This document shows positions 22,191 through 32,990 of a stretch of 39,575 nt of DNA, in pieces; positions within the stretch are counted from its first letter, which is position 1, and each line of letters opens with the position of its first letter. Under the pieces are notes generated by a model. It ran no database searches and had not been told where the DNA came from. It worked only from the letters and a program-made list of their open reading frames with translations. The translations under genes and the position numbers were made by a program. Origin of the DNA: Neoconidiobolus thromboides FSU 785 (taxonomy: Eukaryota > Fungi > Entomophthoromycota); the NCBI GenBank assembly GCA_025603075.1, contig MU626434.1, positions 1-39,575 on the forward strand. The letters are read 5' to 3'.

Positions 22191-25100
22191 TCAAAGTGAT
22201 TGATTTTGAACCAAGGATGTATAGAAACCATTAAGTGCCAGAAGCTCATCATGAGTACCCATTTCTACTTTTTTACCATTCTTCATAACAACGATTATAT
22301 CGGCATCTTGGATAGTGGATAAACGATGGGCAATAGTAATTGTAGTTCTACCTTCTGAAGCTTTATCCAAAGCATCTTGCACAACTTTTTCAGATTGGGA
22401 GTCCAAAGCAGAGGTAGCTTCATCTAACAATAGTAATCTTGGATTACGAATAAGTGCTCTAGCAATAGCTATTCTTTGTTTTTGACCACCTGAAAGTCTA
22501 CCACCACGTTCACCACATGAAGTATTGTAACCATCTGGGAGATCCATGATAAAATCATGTGCATTAGCCATTTTAGCTACATGGATAATTTCTTCTTTTG
22601 TAACATCTCTTTCTGCTCCATAAGCGATATTATCCATAACTGAAATATTGAAAAGTACAGGTTCTTGACCAACGGTAGATAATTGACTTCTTAAATAAGG
22701 TACATTCCATTCGCCGATATCTTGACCTTCGACTTCAAGCTTGCCAGAATTTAGGGTATAGAACATTTGGATAAGCCCAATGATAGTTGATTTTCCAGAC
22801 CCAGAAGATCCTACTAAAGCTACTTTTTTATCTCTAAGTACTTCTAAATCTAAGCCATTTAAGACTTTAGTATTGGGTCTGGATGGGTAAGCGAAATGAG
22901 CATTTTTACTTGAAATATTACCATATAGTTGCTTGCTTTTATTACCATAAGCATCTGATTGATTGATTTTGGGTGTACGGTCTAAAAGACTAAACACTTC
23001 ATTTGCTGCAACTTTAGATTTAACAAAGGAAGTTAATTCGCTAGAAGCATACCCAAAAGAATTTCCCATAAACATAATTGCAGTGATCACTTGAAACATA
23101 TTGTTATAGGTATATTCCTGATTAATTACCAAGGTGGTGCCATACCAAAATAGTAAAGCGTTGATGAAATGGGGGATGCCCATAGCAAATGAGTACCCTA
23201 TCGCCGATTTAAGATAGCCAATTCTGGAAATTCTGTGAGCTTTTTCAACTCTTTCTAAATAGTCCTCGAAGAAAAGATTCTCTCTGTTTAATGAGCTAAC
23301 AGTACGCTTATTAAGGATAGATTCCATAGCGAGTTGAGACACTTTTAAATATGCAAGCTTTGTTTTCTCATTGACATCAGATAAAGCGGAAACTTGAACA
23401 AGTTGTCCATAAACAGTGAGTGGGGCAGTGACTAATGCAACTAAAGTGAGTTTCCACCCACTAGAGAAGGCAATACTCAAACTAGCGATGGCGCAAGACA
23501 AAGCACTAAAAATCGGCCCTAAAAATTTGCCAACCAAACCTTGAACGTTTTCGGCCTCAGTTGATAGTTTACCAGTGATAATTCCAACCGAATTCTCGGG
23601 AGCATCATAAAAACCGACTTCTTGAGTTAGTAAAGAACGAAAACATTTTTTACGAATTTCGTAAGTAAGATACTCTCCTAATGTATTGAAACCAGCGTAT
23701 CTCATAAAACCAGCAATTAAGCAACCAATAGCCAATGTTAGAAACATAAGGGACCAGAAGTTGATATTATCCTGTCCTTTCTCTATTAACCCTGGAGTAG
23801 TCAAATCAAAGAACGATTGCGTTACATTAGTAAGAAAAATTGAATACATGGGGAATGCGACACCATCCAATAATGCTCCAATAGCACCGATAAGCCCAAA
23901 ATACCAATGTGATGATACCATTTTCAAGCATCTCATTAACGCCATTGAGACCTTTCCTTTGTTCCTTTTGCTCTCAATTAATTCCTTTGGAAGGGTCTTG
24001 ACTCGACTTGTCATCTTAAATAAGCCCTCATCTAATTCCTCAATTCCATCAATATCCAACACTACCTCCTCTTCACTTGTGTCTTTAATGATTATATCAT
24101 CACCTTTGGTTGCTTCTTCTTCCCCACTTTTTCTAATCTCTTGTTGTTTAACTAAGTTGGCATAAGCACCATTGAACTCAATCAACTCACTATGACTTCC
24201 TTCTTCAATAATAGTACCCTTATCGAAAACAATAATCTTATCTGCTTTCTTAATAGTAGATAGACGATGTGCAATCACAATAGTGGTTCTATCTTTAGCA
24301 GCATTATCTAATGCTTTCTGAACAATTCTTTCTGACTCAGTATCTAAAGCTGAGGTAGCTTCATCAAGTAATAATATAGTTGGATTCTTAATTATAGCTC
24401 TAGCAATAGCTATTCTTTGCTTCTGCCCACCACTTAATTGAGAGCCACGATCACCAACCATAGTATCATATTGTTGCGGTAATTTCATGATAAAATCATG
24501 AATATTAGCTAGTTTGCAAGCACTTACAACACGATCATATAATTGCTTAGCATCAGCTTTAAACTCATCATCATTCTTTAAGCCAAATAATATATTCTGT
24601 TTAATAGTAGTACCAAACAAACATGGTTCTTGACCTACTAGGCCAACGTGTTCTTTTAAGAATTTATTCGAGATTTTAGATATATCTATTCCATCTAACA
24701 AAACTCTTCCAGATGTTGGGGCATAGAACCTTTCTATCAATCCAATACAAGTACTTTTACCACTACCAGAATGACCAACTAAAGCAACCGTTTGTCCTTT
24801 TGATGCTTCAAAACTAATACCTTTAAGGATCTGAATATCCATTCTAGATGGGTAACTAAACTGTACGTTTTCAAATGTTATATTCCCCTTTACTGGTGAC
24901 ATTTTAGATTGATTTTTTATATGTTCCTCAGTCACTAAAAATGGATCAATGCTTGACTCCCTTTCAATGATTTCAAATAACTTAGTAGCAGCACCTTGTG
25001 CTGTAGCAACTGCACTAATATAAGGAGAAGCCATGCCCAATACCATGGAGCCAGTTAACACATTAAAGAATACTGTTAACACGTCGCCGGCCTCTTGTTC

Positions 25101-26033
25101 CCTGTCATGAATTAATTTGCCACCATACCACATAGCTAAAGCGTAGCTTGAAAACGTTATAAGCAAAAAGATGCCATTACCTAAGCCCGTAAAAAAGGCC
25201 TTACGAAAGCCACTTTTACGAGCTATCTGTAATTTATTTTCGTATCTAATTTGTTCCTTTTCCTGAGTGTTAAATGAGTAGATTGTTTTTATAGCTGACA
25301 ATACTTCTTCAGCTATCGATCCTGCTTCACCATATATCCCTTGTCCGCCTTTAGAAGAATCTGCTACCGTTTTGCCTATTAAAATACCAGCAAGTACTAG
25401 CAACGGTACTGAGCTTAACATTACTAAAGTTAATTTCCATCCTTTCATAAAGGCTATAACAAAAGCACCAATAAAACATGTAATATTTTGTATAAGCATC
25501 CCAATTTTATCAGATATACCATCTTGTACCATATTGATATCACCAGCTATGCGTGAAGCAATGTCGCCTGAGGAGATAGAATCAAACCAACCCATCTCTT
25601 GGCTTAAAACTGAATGATAGTATTTATTCCTGATCCTCACAGCTTGACTTTCACCAACCATTAACCAAAGTGACAACTGTAAGTAAGCAGCAATTGCTGT
25701 GACACTTCCAGCTACGACAAACATAATACATAAGAAGTTAATTTCGTCTTTCAATGTTGCATCAGCAAGATCTGGGCTGACGGGATAATTTTTTTGATAA
25801 TCCCCGAATAAGCCAATAAGTTGGGAAAATAATAGAAATAAGAAAGGTTGAGATAGACCATTGATAATAGCAGCTAATATAGCTAAACCGATTATTACTT
25901 TATCATTTTTTGTTGCAAATTTAAACAGTTTGAGCAATGGTACATTTGGAGTTTTCGCTTTTTTCTCTTCTAGTTCAATACTCTTTTCATTGACTCTATT
26001 TTTACTCTCCTTCTTTTTCTTAGCTTTAAACAT
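22191..26033 (-). CDS. Full-length ABCB (MDR/P-glycoprotein-type) exporter, 1280 aa, intronless
   Basis: TMD-NBD-TMD-NBD layout; Walker A GHSGSGKST and GSSGSGKST, signature LSGGQKQRIAIARA twice, Walker B LLLDEATSALD twice. Confidence 0.97.
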   Translation of the reverse strand: MFKAKKKKESKNRVNEKSIELEEKKAKTPNVPLLKLFKFATKNDKVIIGLAILAAIINGLSQPFLFLLFSQLIGLFGDYQKNYPVSPDLADATLKDEINFLCIMFVVAGSVTAIAAYLQLSLWLMVGESQAVRIRNKYYHSVLSQEMGWFDSISSGDIASRIAGDINMVQDGISDKIGMLIQNITCFIGAFVIAFMKGWKLTLVMLSSVPLLVLAGILIGKTVADSSKGGQGIYGEAGSIAEEVLSAIKTIYSFNTQEKEQIRYENKLQIARKSGFRKAFFTGLGNGIFLLITFSSYALAMWYGGKLIHDREQEAGDVLTVFFNVLTGSMVLGMASPYISAVATAQGAATKLFEIIERESSIDPFLVTEEHIKNQSKMSPVKGNITFENVQFSYPSRMDIQILKGISFEASKGQTVALVGHSGSGKSTCIGLIERFYAPTSGRVLLDGIDISKISNKFLKEHVGLVGQEPCLFGTTIKQNILFGLKNDDEFKADAKQLYDRVVSACKLANIHDFIMKLPQQYDTMVGDRGSQLSGGQKQRIAIARAIIKNPTILLLDEATSALDTESERIVQKALDNAAKDRTTIVIAHRLSTIKKADKIIVFDKGTIIEEGSHSELIEFNGAYANLVKQQEIRKSGEEEATKGDDIIIKDTSEEEVVLDIDGIEELDEGLFKMTSRVKTLPKELIESKRNKGKVSMALMRCLKMVSSHWYFGLIGAIGALLDGVAFPMYSIFLTNVTQSFFDLTTPGLIEKGQDNINFWSLMFLTLAIGCLIAGFMRYAGFNTLGEYLTYEIRKKCFRSLLTQEVGFYDAPENSVGIITGKLSTEAENVQGLVGKFLGPIFSALSCAIASLSIAFSSGWKLTLVALVTAPLTVYGQLVQVSALSDVNEKTKLAYLKVSQLAMESILNKRTVSSLNRENLFFEDYLERVEKAHRISRIGYLKSAIGYSFAMGIPHFINALLFWYGTTLVINQEYTYNNMFQVITAIMFMGNSFGYASSELTSFVKSKVAANEVFSLLDRTPKINQSDAYGNKSKQLYGNISSKNAHFAYPSRPNTKVLNGLDLEVLRDKKVALVGSSGSGKSTIIGLIQMFYTLNSGKLEVEGQDIGEWNVPYLRSQLSTVGQEPVLFNISVMDNIAYGAERDVTKEEIIHVAKMANAHDFIMDLPDGYNTSCGERGGRLSGGQKQRIAIARALIRNPRLLLLDEATSALDSQSEKVVQDALDKASEGRTTITIAHRLSTIQDADIIVVMKNGKKVEMGTHDELLALNGFYTSLVQNQSL

Positions 26034-27412
26034 GTTTATTAATTAAATTTGATATTCTACAATAGAATTTTCACTTGTTTTTATATACACATTTCAGCCA
26101 CTGAATATAGGGAATATTTGACTATATTCGACCTCTTTGAAGTAAACAATTGTAATTCTAAATCCAAGTGCCTATATTCTAAACACCGAAAGTCATACCC
26201 CGAAGGCCAAATTTACCCAAATTTAACGGGCGACCCTTGCCTAAATTTTCTACAATTCTACTTTAAATTTTCTAGCCGATGAAAAGTTATTCCGGCAAAA
26301 GTTCTTTATTATTCTTTTAGCTAATTTTATGCATATGATAGCTGAAATTGAGCAATAAATAGATGAAAAAGTCTTCCTTATCCTTTGAAATCAACTGGTT
26401 ATTAATAAAATATTGAAAATGATATATAGTAGCCTCATATGGCCTTTTTGCCTTATTAAATTAGTACCGATAGTGTAATAAATGATTTCGGCTTCTACAG
26501 ATCATTATTTTGTTTAAAACCAAAACCCTTGGTTACTTTGGGAAAAACAATAAAATATCAATCAACAACACTTTAATATGCTCTTGAAATTAGTTAGTTT
26601 CAAGGCTTCTTTCTTATCAATTTTACCTTATAAGAAACATCTACCAAGTTCAAGATTATTTTTTCAGAGTTAAATATTAAAGTCTTAGTCAATTATGAGA
26701 GTTTCATATAAATTCGATTTATTTATAAAATCCCTAAAAATTTAAGTATACCATTTAATACTATTAAATATTAAGATCCAAATAGATGGATACACAGCAA
26801 AAACCAAAATAAATATGCTAAAGTAACATATTTTAAAAAAAGTAGGCTTTTTGTTAAATATCAGCAACACCTTTAATGCACAAATGCTAAGCTATTGTGC
26901 ATCTGTAATATTAATTATCAGTGTCTTAAATTATTCAAGAATTATGAATTTGTTTAAATCTCGGCTTTTGTTAAGTTTTCCCATAAGTTCCCATCTTTTT
27001 TAGCAAACCCACTATCTATCTAGAATAGCTTATATTTTAGATGATTGGACTCTTTTTTATGATTTCCTTGCAATTAATTAGCTGAAATTCATACAGTGTA
27101 TTGCAAATTGATTTCAGGTAGATAATTTAAACCACTATTTTCAATAATTTTACAAAAAGGCTATAAAAAAGTATGAAGTAAAAAGCAGGATGAATATTCA
27201 GAACTAGAACTCTTTAAAAAATTTGAAATTATTAGTCGGTTAGTTGCTGAGATACAAAATTCCTAAAAAAATTTAAGTTAGTACCAAAATATTACGTTTT
27301 TTTTAAAAGAATATAATTGTATAATTTTAAATTTTAATAAAAAATTATTTTAAAAAAATATTTTTATTCACAATTATTAATAATGATTATTTTCATATAT
27401 ATATAATAATAT

Positions 27413-28201
27413 GGGGATGTCCAAATTATTTATTTTAATTTGCTTATTTCAATTTTTGATAATAGATTATAATATTGATATTTTATTATAACTGTTTTTA
27501 AACGGGCTATACTGATTTTTGCTTATATTAAATTCAAAAATTTTACATTTAAAAAAATATACCGAAGTTATAGTCAACAACAATACTACTTGTTGGTCTT
27601 TATTTTTTGTTTCTTTTAAACCATTAGTTTTACATATTATTTTATTAAATTTTTTATTATTAATAAACTTTAATATTTTATTTTATTTTATTTTATTCCA
27701 AAATTCTGTAAACTCTGAATTATTATAAACAATTATTGAAACTAACGTAAATGAATTACAATGTTTATATTGTATGCTTTTTTTATTATAGTAAAATTTT
27801 AAAACTTTATTTTGAAGTTTAATTATAAAAGCTTATATTTTGCTTTTGTTTTAATGGAAAATAAAGTTAAATAAATATATGAGGATGTATTTTTGTGTTT
27901 AAGAATTTTATTAATAGCTTTTCCATTTTTTAAGCGCTATTTAAGCGGAAAATTTGCTAGTAAAATTCTTAAACGCAAAAATACATCCCCATTTATTAAA
28001 CATTTAATAAAAATTATATAAAACATATAATCAAAAAAAGCAATCATTTAAAAATAATAAGGCAATCAAAATAAATCTCAAGTTAAATAAAAAGGTTTGT
28101 TTTAACCTTTTCAAATTTAACCAATCACGTTAAAGACTTAACTAAAAGCTTAAATTTGGACTAATTTTTAACTAAATTCTGAAACCAGTTTGGACATCCC
28201 C
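27413..28201. mobile_element. 789-bp non-autonomous TIR element related to the GGGGATG MITEs
   Basis: Perfect 13-bp TIR GGGGATGTCCAAA / TTTGGACATCCCC; flanks ATAT/ATAC; AT-rich non-coding interior containing a nested short MITE. Confidence 0.75.
27881..27990. mobile_element. Symmetric MITE variant with two 'left' ends, nested in the 789-bp element
   Basis: gaggatgtatttttgtgtttaagaattttatta...tagtaaaattcttaaacgcaaaaatacatcccc gives ~33-bp inverted ends; flanks ATAT/ATTT. Confidence 0.85.
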
Positions 28202-28314
28202 ATACAATAATAAAAACAGTATGTTAGAGTAGTTTTCACAAAATAATACTAGCTTTTAATAGATTATCTAAAAGTATCAAATTTAGAAAGTGCTTTAATT
28301 TATTGCCTCTATCT

Positions 28315-28401
28315 GGGGATGTTTTTATGGTTTCATTACTTTTTCCATTTTTTAAGCGGGAAAATTGTTAGTAAAACTCTCAAATAATAAAATACATTCC
28401 C
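28315..28401 (-). mobile_element. GGGGATG-family MITE with a ~10-bp internal deletion
   Basis: GGGGATG...CATTCCC; core reads ttttaagcgggaaaa instead of ttttaagcgctatttaagcggaaaa; flanks ATCT/ATAT. Confidence 0.85.
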
Positions 28402-29274
28402 ATATGTTATTTGATATTTATTTTTATTGCTTTTCCAGACTTCATAGTAATTGATTTAAGATTTTAATAGAGTTTGTTGGGTTTAGTGTAAAATATAAAA
28501 AAATAATAATCAAGTTTGATAATACTCAGTTTTAACTAAGTTGTTTCTTATTTATTGAAATGATGTTTGATGAAGATTGGAAACAAAGCCCATTATTGAT
28601 TGAAGGCTTCTTTCATTTCTATTTTTTTTAAGAATTTCTAAAATATTACAATGTTATAATTATTATAAAAGAGACTTAAGTCTTATTAATAGTAAAAATT
28701 AAATTTGACTTATAGTGATTACTTATGGAAGTAATACTAAAAAAACGATAATATAAAAGCTATAGATTGAGTTGGGATGTAATATTATAATGATGCTAAC
28801 GTAACTTTCATCTTTACAACCATTCTCACTGAAAATTCAAAAAGCTTAAAATTGTGTGTTTTCGATGACTTCCTTGTTTAATACTATAATGTGAAGATAT
28901 TATCAAAACTTTTATTGCAGTTTGTCTAAATTTTTTCTTGCTATAGCAGTGATGTAAAAAAAATACTGTACTATCTTTGGTAGTAGATGTAACATTTTAC
29001 ATTTATAGCTACTCAGAATCTTTTTAAGTGATCTTAATAATAATAATTAATTGATTAATTTATAAGAGTAAAAAGGGAGATGTTGGATTCTTGTTATACT
29101 TTAATCTATAAATAAATATAAAATTTATGGAATAACGCTCCGCCTTGGACAGCTTTAATATATTTTATATTATATTATTTTCATATATAAAATTTAATTA
29201 AGAATAAGTTTTATTTTCAAAATAAGCACATCGTATTAAGTAGAGAGATTAAAGAAGTAAAGAAATGAAAGTAA

Positions 29275-29805
29275 TTAAGGGGTCATTCTTCTTGAAGAAT
29301 AAGCTTGATGAGGAGTAGCTATAACTGGAGATGGAATTACTTGAGGTGGTTCTAAAGTCTTCACTGAAGCTAAATTAACAAATACCAGATTTGGCGATAA
29401 TACTCCTAAAGTCCTTTGGGAATCCTTCTCAAGGTAGCCTACCAGTAAGCTACTTGTTTGGCCCAAAATACAAATTGAATCACCTGGACGAAAGTGCAAG
29501 TGTAAATTGTGGTGTGAATCAAGCATTGATTCGGTGTCTGCTCTAGAGCGTACTAAATCTTTACGCGAAGGGTATTGGGATTTTGCACTTACAGTGCACT
29601 GCACTGAGGTGGTAAAGGGGTTAATATTGCCTATAATATCCATAAGCAAAGGCTGATTCTTAATCTTATTTGGTGAGGGACGTATTGAATATCTTTTGGG
29701 ATTTTCTCTCATTGAAGGTGTTTCCTTCATAAGAGGTTTTTCAGATATAGAATCAGTATCTGACGTTGAACCAAATAAACAACTAAAACAGGAGAAGAAA
29801 CCCAT
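29275..29805 (-). CDS. Small protein with N-terminal acylation-like motif and degenerate SH3-like domain (176 aa)
   Basis: Intronless ORF with higher GC than the flanks; MGFFSCFSC start; LHLHFRPGDSICILGQ...GYL...GVLSPNLV follows the SH3 pattern but lacks the conserved Trp. Confidence 0.7.
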   Translation of the reverse strand: MGFFSCFSCLFGSTSDTDSISEKPLMKETPSMRENPKRYSIRPSPNKIKNQPLLMDIIGNINPFTTSVQCTVSAKSQYPSRKDLVRSRADTESMLDSHHNLHLHFRPGDSICILGQTSSLLVGYLEKDSQRTLGVLSPNLVFVNLASVKTLEPPQVIPSPVIATPHQAYSSRRMTP

Positions 29806-31695
29806 ATATGTGATTATTGAGTACTTGATAAGATAGAATTAATATTATGGACAGTCGATTATTGAATCAACCTTTGAAATGAATAGGATATTTGTATTAA
29901 CTTGATACAAAATTTTGAACAATATAACAAACCAGTTGATATAAATGATACTTATTTAAAATAAAGATTTGACTAGTAATGAAACAGAAAATACTTAAAT
30001 ACCAAAAGTATGCTCAAGTTGATATAAACTATAGTTATAACTTATAATTACTGAGGATCAATAGAACCGCTAACACTTAAAATATTATTGTATTATTTGT
30101 TCAACAAAAATGAAATAAGCTACAAGTCAACTTAGTACCCAATACCAATTTAACTAAAATTCCTAATTAAAAGAAAAAAGATGAAGAAATATTTTTGATT
30201 CCTCTTTTCTTATATAAGTTGGATAATTTAATTTATTGGAACCCAATTTATTAAGGCTTGATTCTGAATAACACCAACAAATTAAATATTGCTATTTGCG
30301 AAAATAAATGGCTTTTATTGGCATTTTTAATTGTTGTTTTTTAAGTCATCTATCTCTAATTTTAGATCTGCGAGTGAGATATAGTGTCAAACTTATAAAT
30401 AACCTTATATTTGATAACGATATTTAATTAGATGTTGAGTTAAAACTATTATCATATTAAAGTATAAACAATGCCATAGTGTGTTAATATCTAACATGAA
30501 TTACATTTAATAACATCATATTTCAAGTATGTTAATTTAAAAAATTGTTATTTAATTATCAATATTTTAGAAACATGGCTATTTGCTCATCATTCTCAAT
30601 AATCGAATACACAGGTACACTTTAATAATTGCTTTAAATATATTTATTAATCTATAGTAATATGTAATACATTTATTCTAATTAATACCCTTAAATTTTT
30701 TTATAGAAAGGTTACAAAACAAAGCAGAAAATGTTAAATAAGTTATAATTATTTTATTAATTAGCTTCGATATAAACGATAGACACCTAAGAAAAATAGA
30801 TTATTATTTGAACAGATTGAATGTTAAATTAAATATGATAACATCAGTGTTAAAAAGCCAAAAGTGTTTTAATCCACATAAAAGTTCAGGTGAAGAAATT
30901 CAAGTTGCATGTTGTTCATCATAATCAGCAAAATAAATTAAAGTTTGTACTTACGTTAGCATATAATATATAGTACAGATTTAGCTTCTAAAAAACAAAG
31001 AGTAAGTATTTGTGTTTAAATTAGATTGAAAATTAATTAAAACTATTTCAGAGAGAAGAACCGTAATTGTTGTTTATCAACATGAAAATTCAGTTGAAGA
31101 AATTCAACATTGTTTACAAAATTCATCACAGCTTTGAGTTTAAATGTTAGAAATAAAAAAGTACCTTATAAATAAAAAGAACTCTTTGTCCATCAAACAA
31201 CACTATTTATTGTTGGATATCATACTAAGATTAAAACAAACAACATTAGAGTTTTCTTAATAAATAAGACGTAAACTTGTGGCGCTTATGATTAAAACCT
31301 AAAGTGACAGCACATTGAATATAGTTGTTTAATGTACAAAGAATTGACTATCAAAATTTAAAACTTATTAATATTTATACTTTGGAATTTCATCTGCAGG
31401 GGTAAAAATTTTAATGAAAATTCTTTAACCAATCATATCCTCACATTTGTTTTTGAAATAAAGTTATTTAATTGGATATTCGAAATTTGAATTGTTCTTG
31501 CAATTTTAAAATTTAATAGCTTAATCTGATTTAAATTAAATATTCCAACTACAGTTATATTAATAGCTGGCATTACCAATATGAATAATCAAAAGTGATA
31601 ATTTATTAAAAAGTTGGTATCTTTTGTTTTGTTTTTAGACATAGGATACTTTTCAGCAACAGCAAAATACCGGCTAAATGCATAAATAAAAGCCT

Positions 31696-31794
31696 AAGGA
31701 TGTATTTTTAGTTTCAATAATTTATCCATTTTTAATAGCTATTGAGTGGAAAAATTGTTCGAAGAATCTTTATATAAAAAAGATGTATTCATCT
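31696..31794 (-). mobile_element. Old degenerate GGGGATG-family MITE
   Basis: aaggatgtatttttagtttcaataatttatccatttttaatagctattgagtggaaaaattgtt matches the family; far end eroded. Confidence 0.6.
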
Positions 31795-31960
31795 AATTTA
31801 ATAATACTATTATTTATCAGATAAAGAAAGATCTAATATTGGCCATGAGTTTGTGTGTTAAGATTTTTATTTTATAGTTGAAATGTACTTTGATAAAACA
31901 AGTAAAAAATCATGGAAAAACAATAAAATAAAAGGGATTTAAACATCAACCATTAAATGT

Positions 31961-32644
31961 TTATAATAAAAAGTATAAACTAGAAATAAGTAATAAAAAT
32001 TGAGAGCTGACCAATGTGGTGGAAGAGCTACCCTTTGCGCCATCTTTACCAGAAGAGCCTTTGGTAGCTTCGTCCTTTGAAAGAAGTTTGAAAGAAGCTG
32101 GTGGGTATTTGGGGTCTTTAGGATCAGTCCAATTGAGCCATTGGTTATTTTCACATAATTGGGAAGCCTTGAAGTAAAAAGTATTATTTTTTTCTTTAGG
32201 TAAAGCAGAAAGAGATGGAAGCTTGAAAGAGAGAGGGAAATCAGCAAACATGTTATAAGGTATCTTTCCATCTGAATAAACAACAGCGATAGTTTGACCT
32301 TTTGGCTCACTATGACCATCTGCTTTATTGTCAGTTGGCTTTTGATCATCTTTTTTGGGTGCATCATCTCTTCTTTCAACCTTTTTCTCTTCGGCTTTTG
32401 GTTTTATTTTAATTTCAGCTTTCCAACCTGCCACTATACCTGCAGAGAATTCAGTCTTAAGATCAAGGACGTCTTGATCAAACTCAATGATTACTTTGAC
32501 AGTATCTGACTTATCACAACCATGAGGAATACGGATACTAGTACTGGCGTAAGTTCCTTCAACACCTTGATTTGGGCTAACAGTTACGTGGGAGTTCACC
32601 AAGAGTGGTAATGCAGCAATAGCTAAAGTACAAAGGAATTTCAT
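31961..32644 (-). CDS. YcnI/DUF1775-like secreted copper-binding protein with GPI-like tail, paralog A (227 aa)
   Basis: Signal peptide ending VNS then HVTVSP; IRIPHGCD..DTVKV; GWK; VVY..G; F...FKLP; YFKASQLC...W....PPASF; Ser/Gly stretch plus hydrophobic C-terminus; intronless. Confidence 0.8.
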   Translation of the reverse strand: MKFLCTLAIAALPLLVNSHVTVSPNQGVEGTYASTSIRIPHGCDKSDTVKVIIEFDQDVLDLKTEFSAGIVAGWKAEIKIKPKAEEKKVERRDDAPKKDDQKPTDNKADGHSEPKGQTIAVVYSDGKIPYNMFADFPLSFKLPSLSALPKEKNNTFYFKASQLCENNQWLNWTDPKDPKYPPASFKLLSKDEATKGSSGKDGAKGSSSTTLVSSQFLLLISSLYFLL

Positions 32645-32701
32645 TATTAAATGATTTAAATTAAATCCTAAAAGATAATAAATTACCTTCGGTTTCCTCT
32701 G

Positions 32702-32709
32702 TATTTATA
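32702..32709 (-). promoter_or_regulatory. Candidate TATA box of paralog A
   Basis: TATAAATA 58 bp upstream of the ATG; paralog B has the same 8-mer at a similar distance. AT-rich background limits significance. Confidence 0.4.
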
Positions 32710-32990
32710 TATATCTTTCCTATGATATCACAAGCTAGAATAATACATTTAGTGTCAATTCATCTCATGTTTTTCTAGAAAAAAAGAATAAACTTAATCC
32801 TTCCATGATTTGATTGATTTCTAAAACTGTTCAATTTACGATATGTCATAGTTCTTTTTGAAAATAGCCAACCTTTGCTGTTATTCTTAGAAATTGAAAT
32901 AAAACGAATTCTTAACAAATATATTTGGTTTTAACGAAAATATACTAAATTTAATTCATTTAATGTAAATATTTATATTAATTTAACAGA

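Noticed and set aside
26160-26300. CCG/CGG-containing patch upstream of the ABC transporter as zinc-cluster (PDRE-like) sites
   Set aside because: No recognised consensus or clean spaced repeat; cannot be distinguished from background without comparative data.
12972-27728. Short intergenic ORFs at 12972, 15213, 19541, 22058, 26049 and 27519
   Set aside because: Mostly non-ATG starts, compositions dominated by AT-rich codons (K, N, I, F, L), and two overlap transposon sequence.
30580-30590. TTTGCTCA, matching the yeast Mac1 copper-response element, near the YcnI pair
   Set aside because: Single copy, lies downstream of the YcnI genes rather than in their promoters, and is likely by chance.
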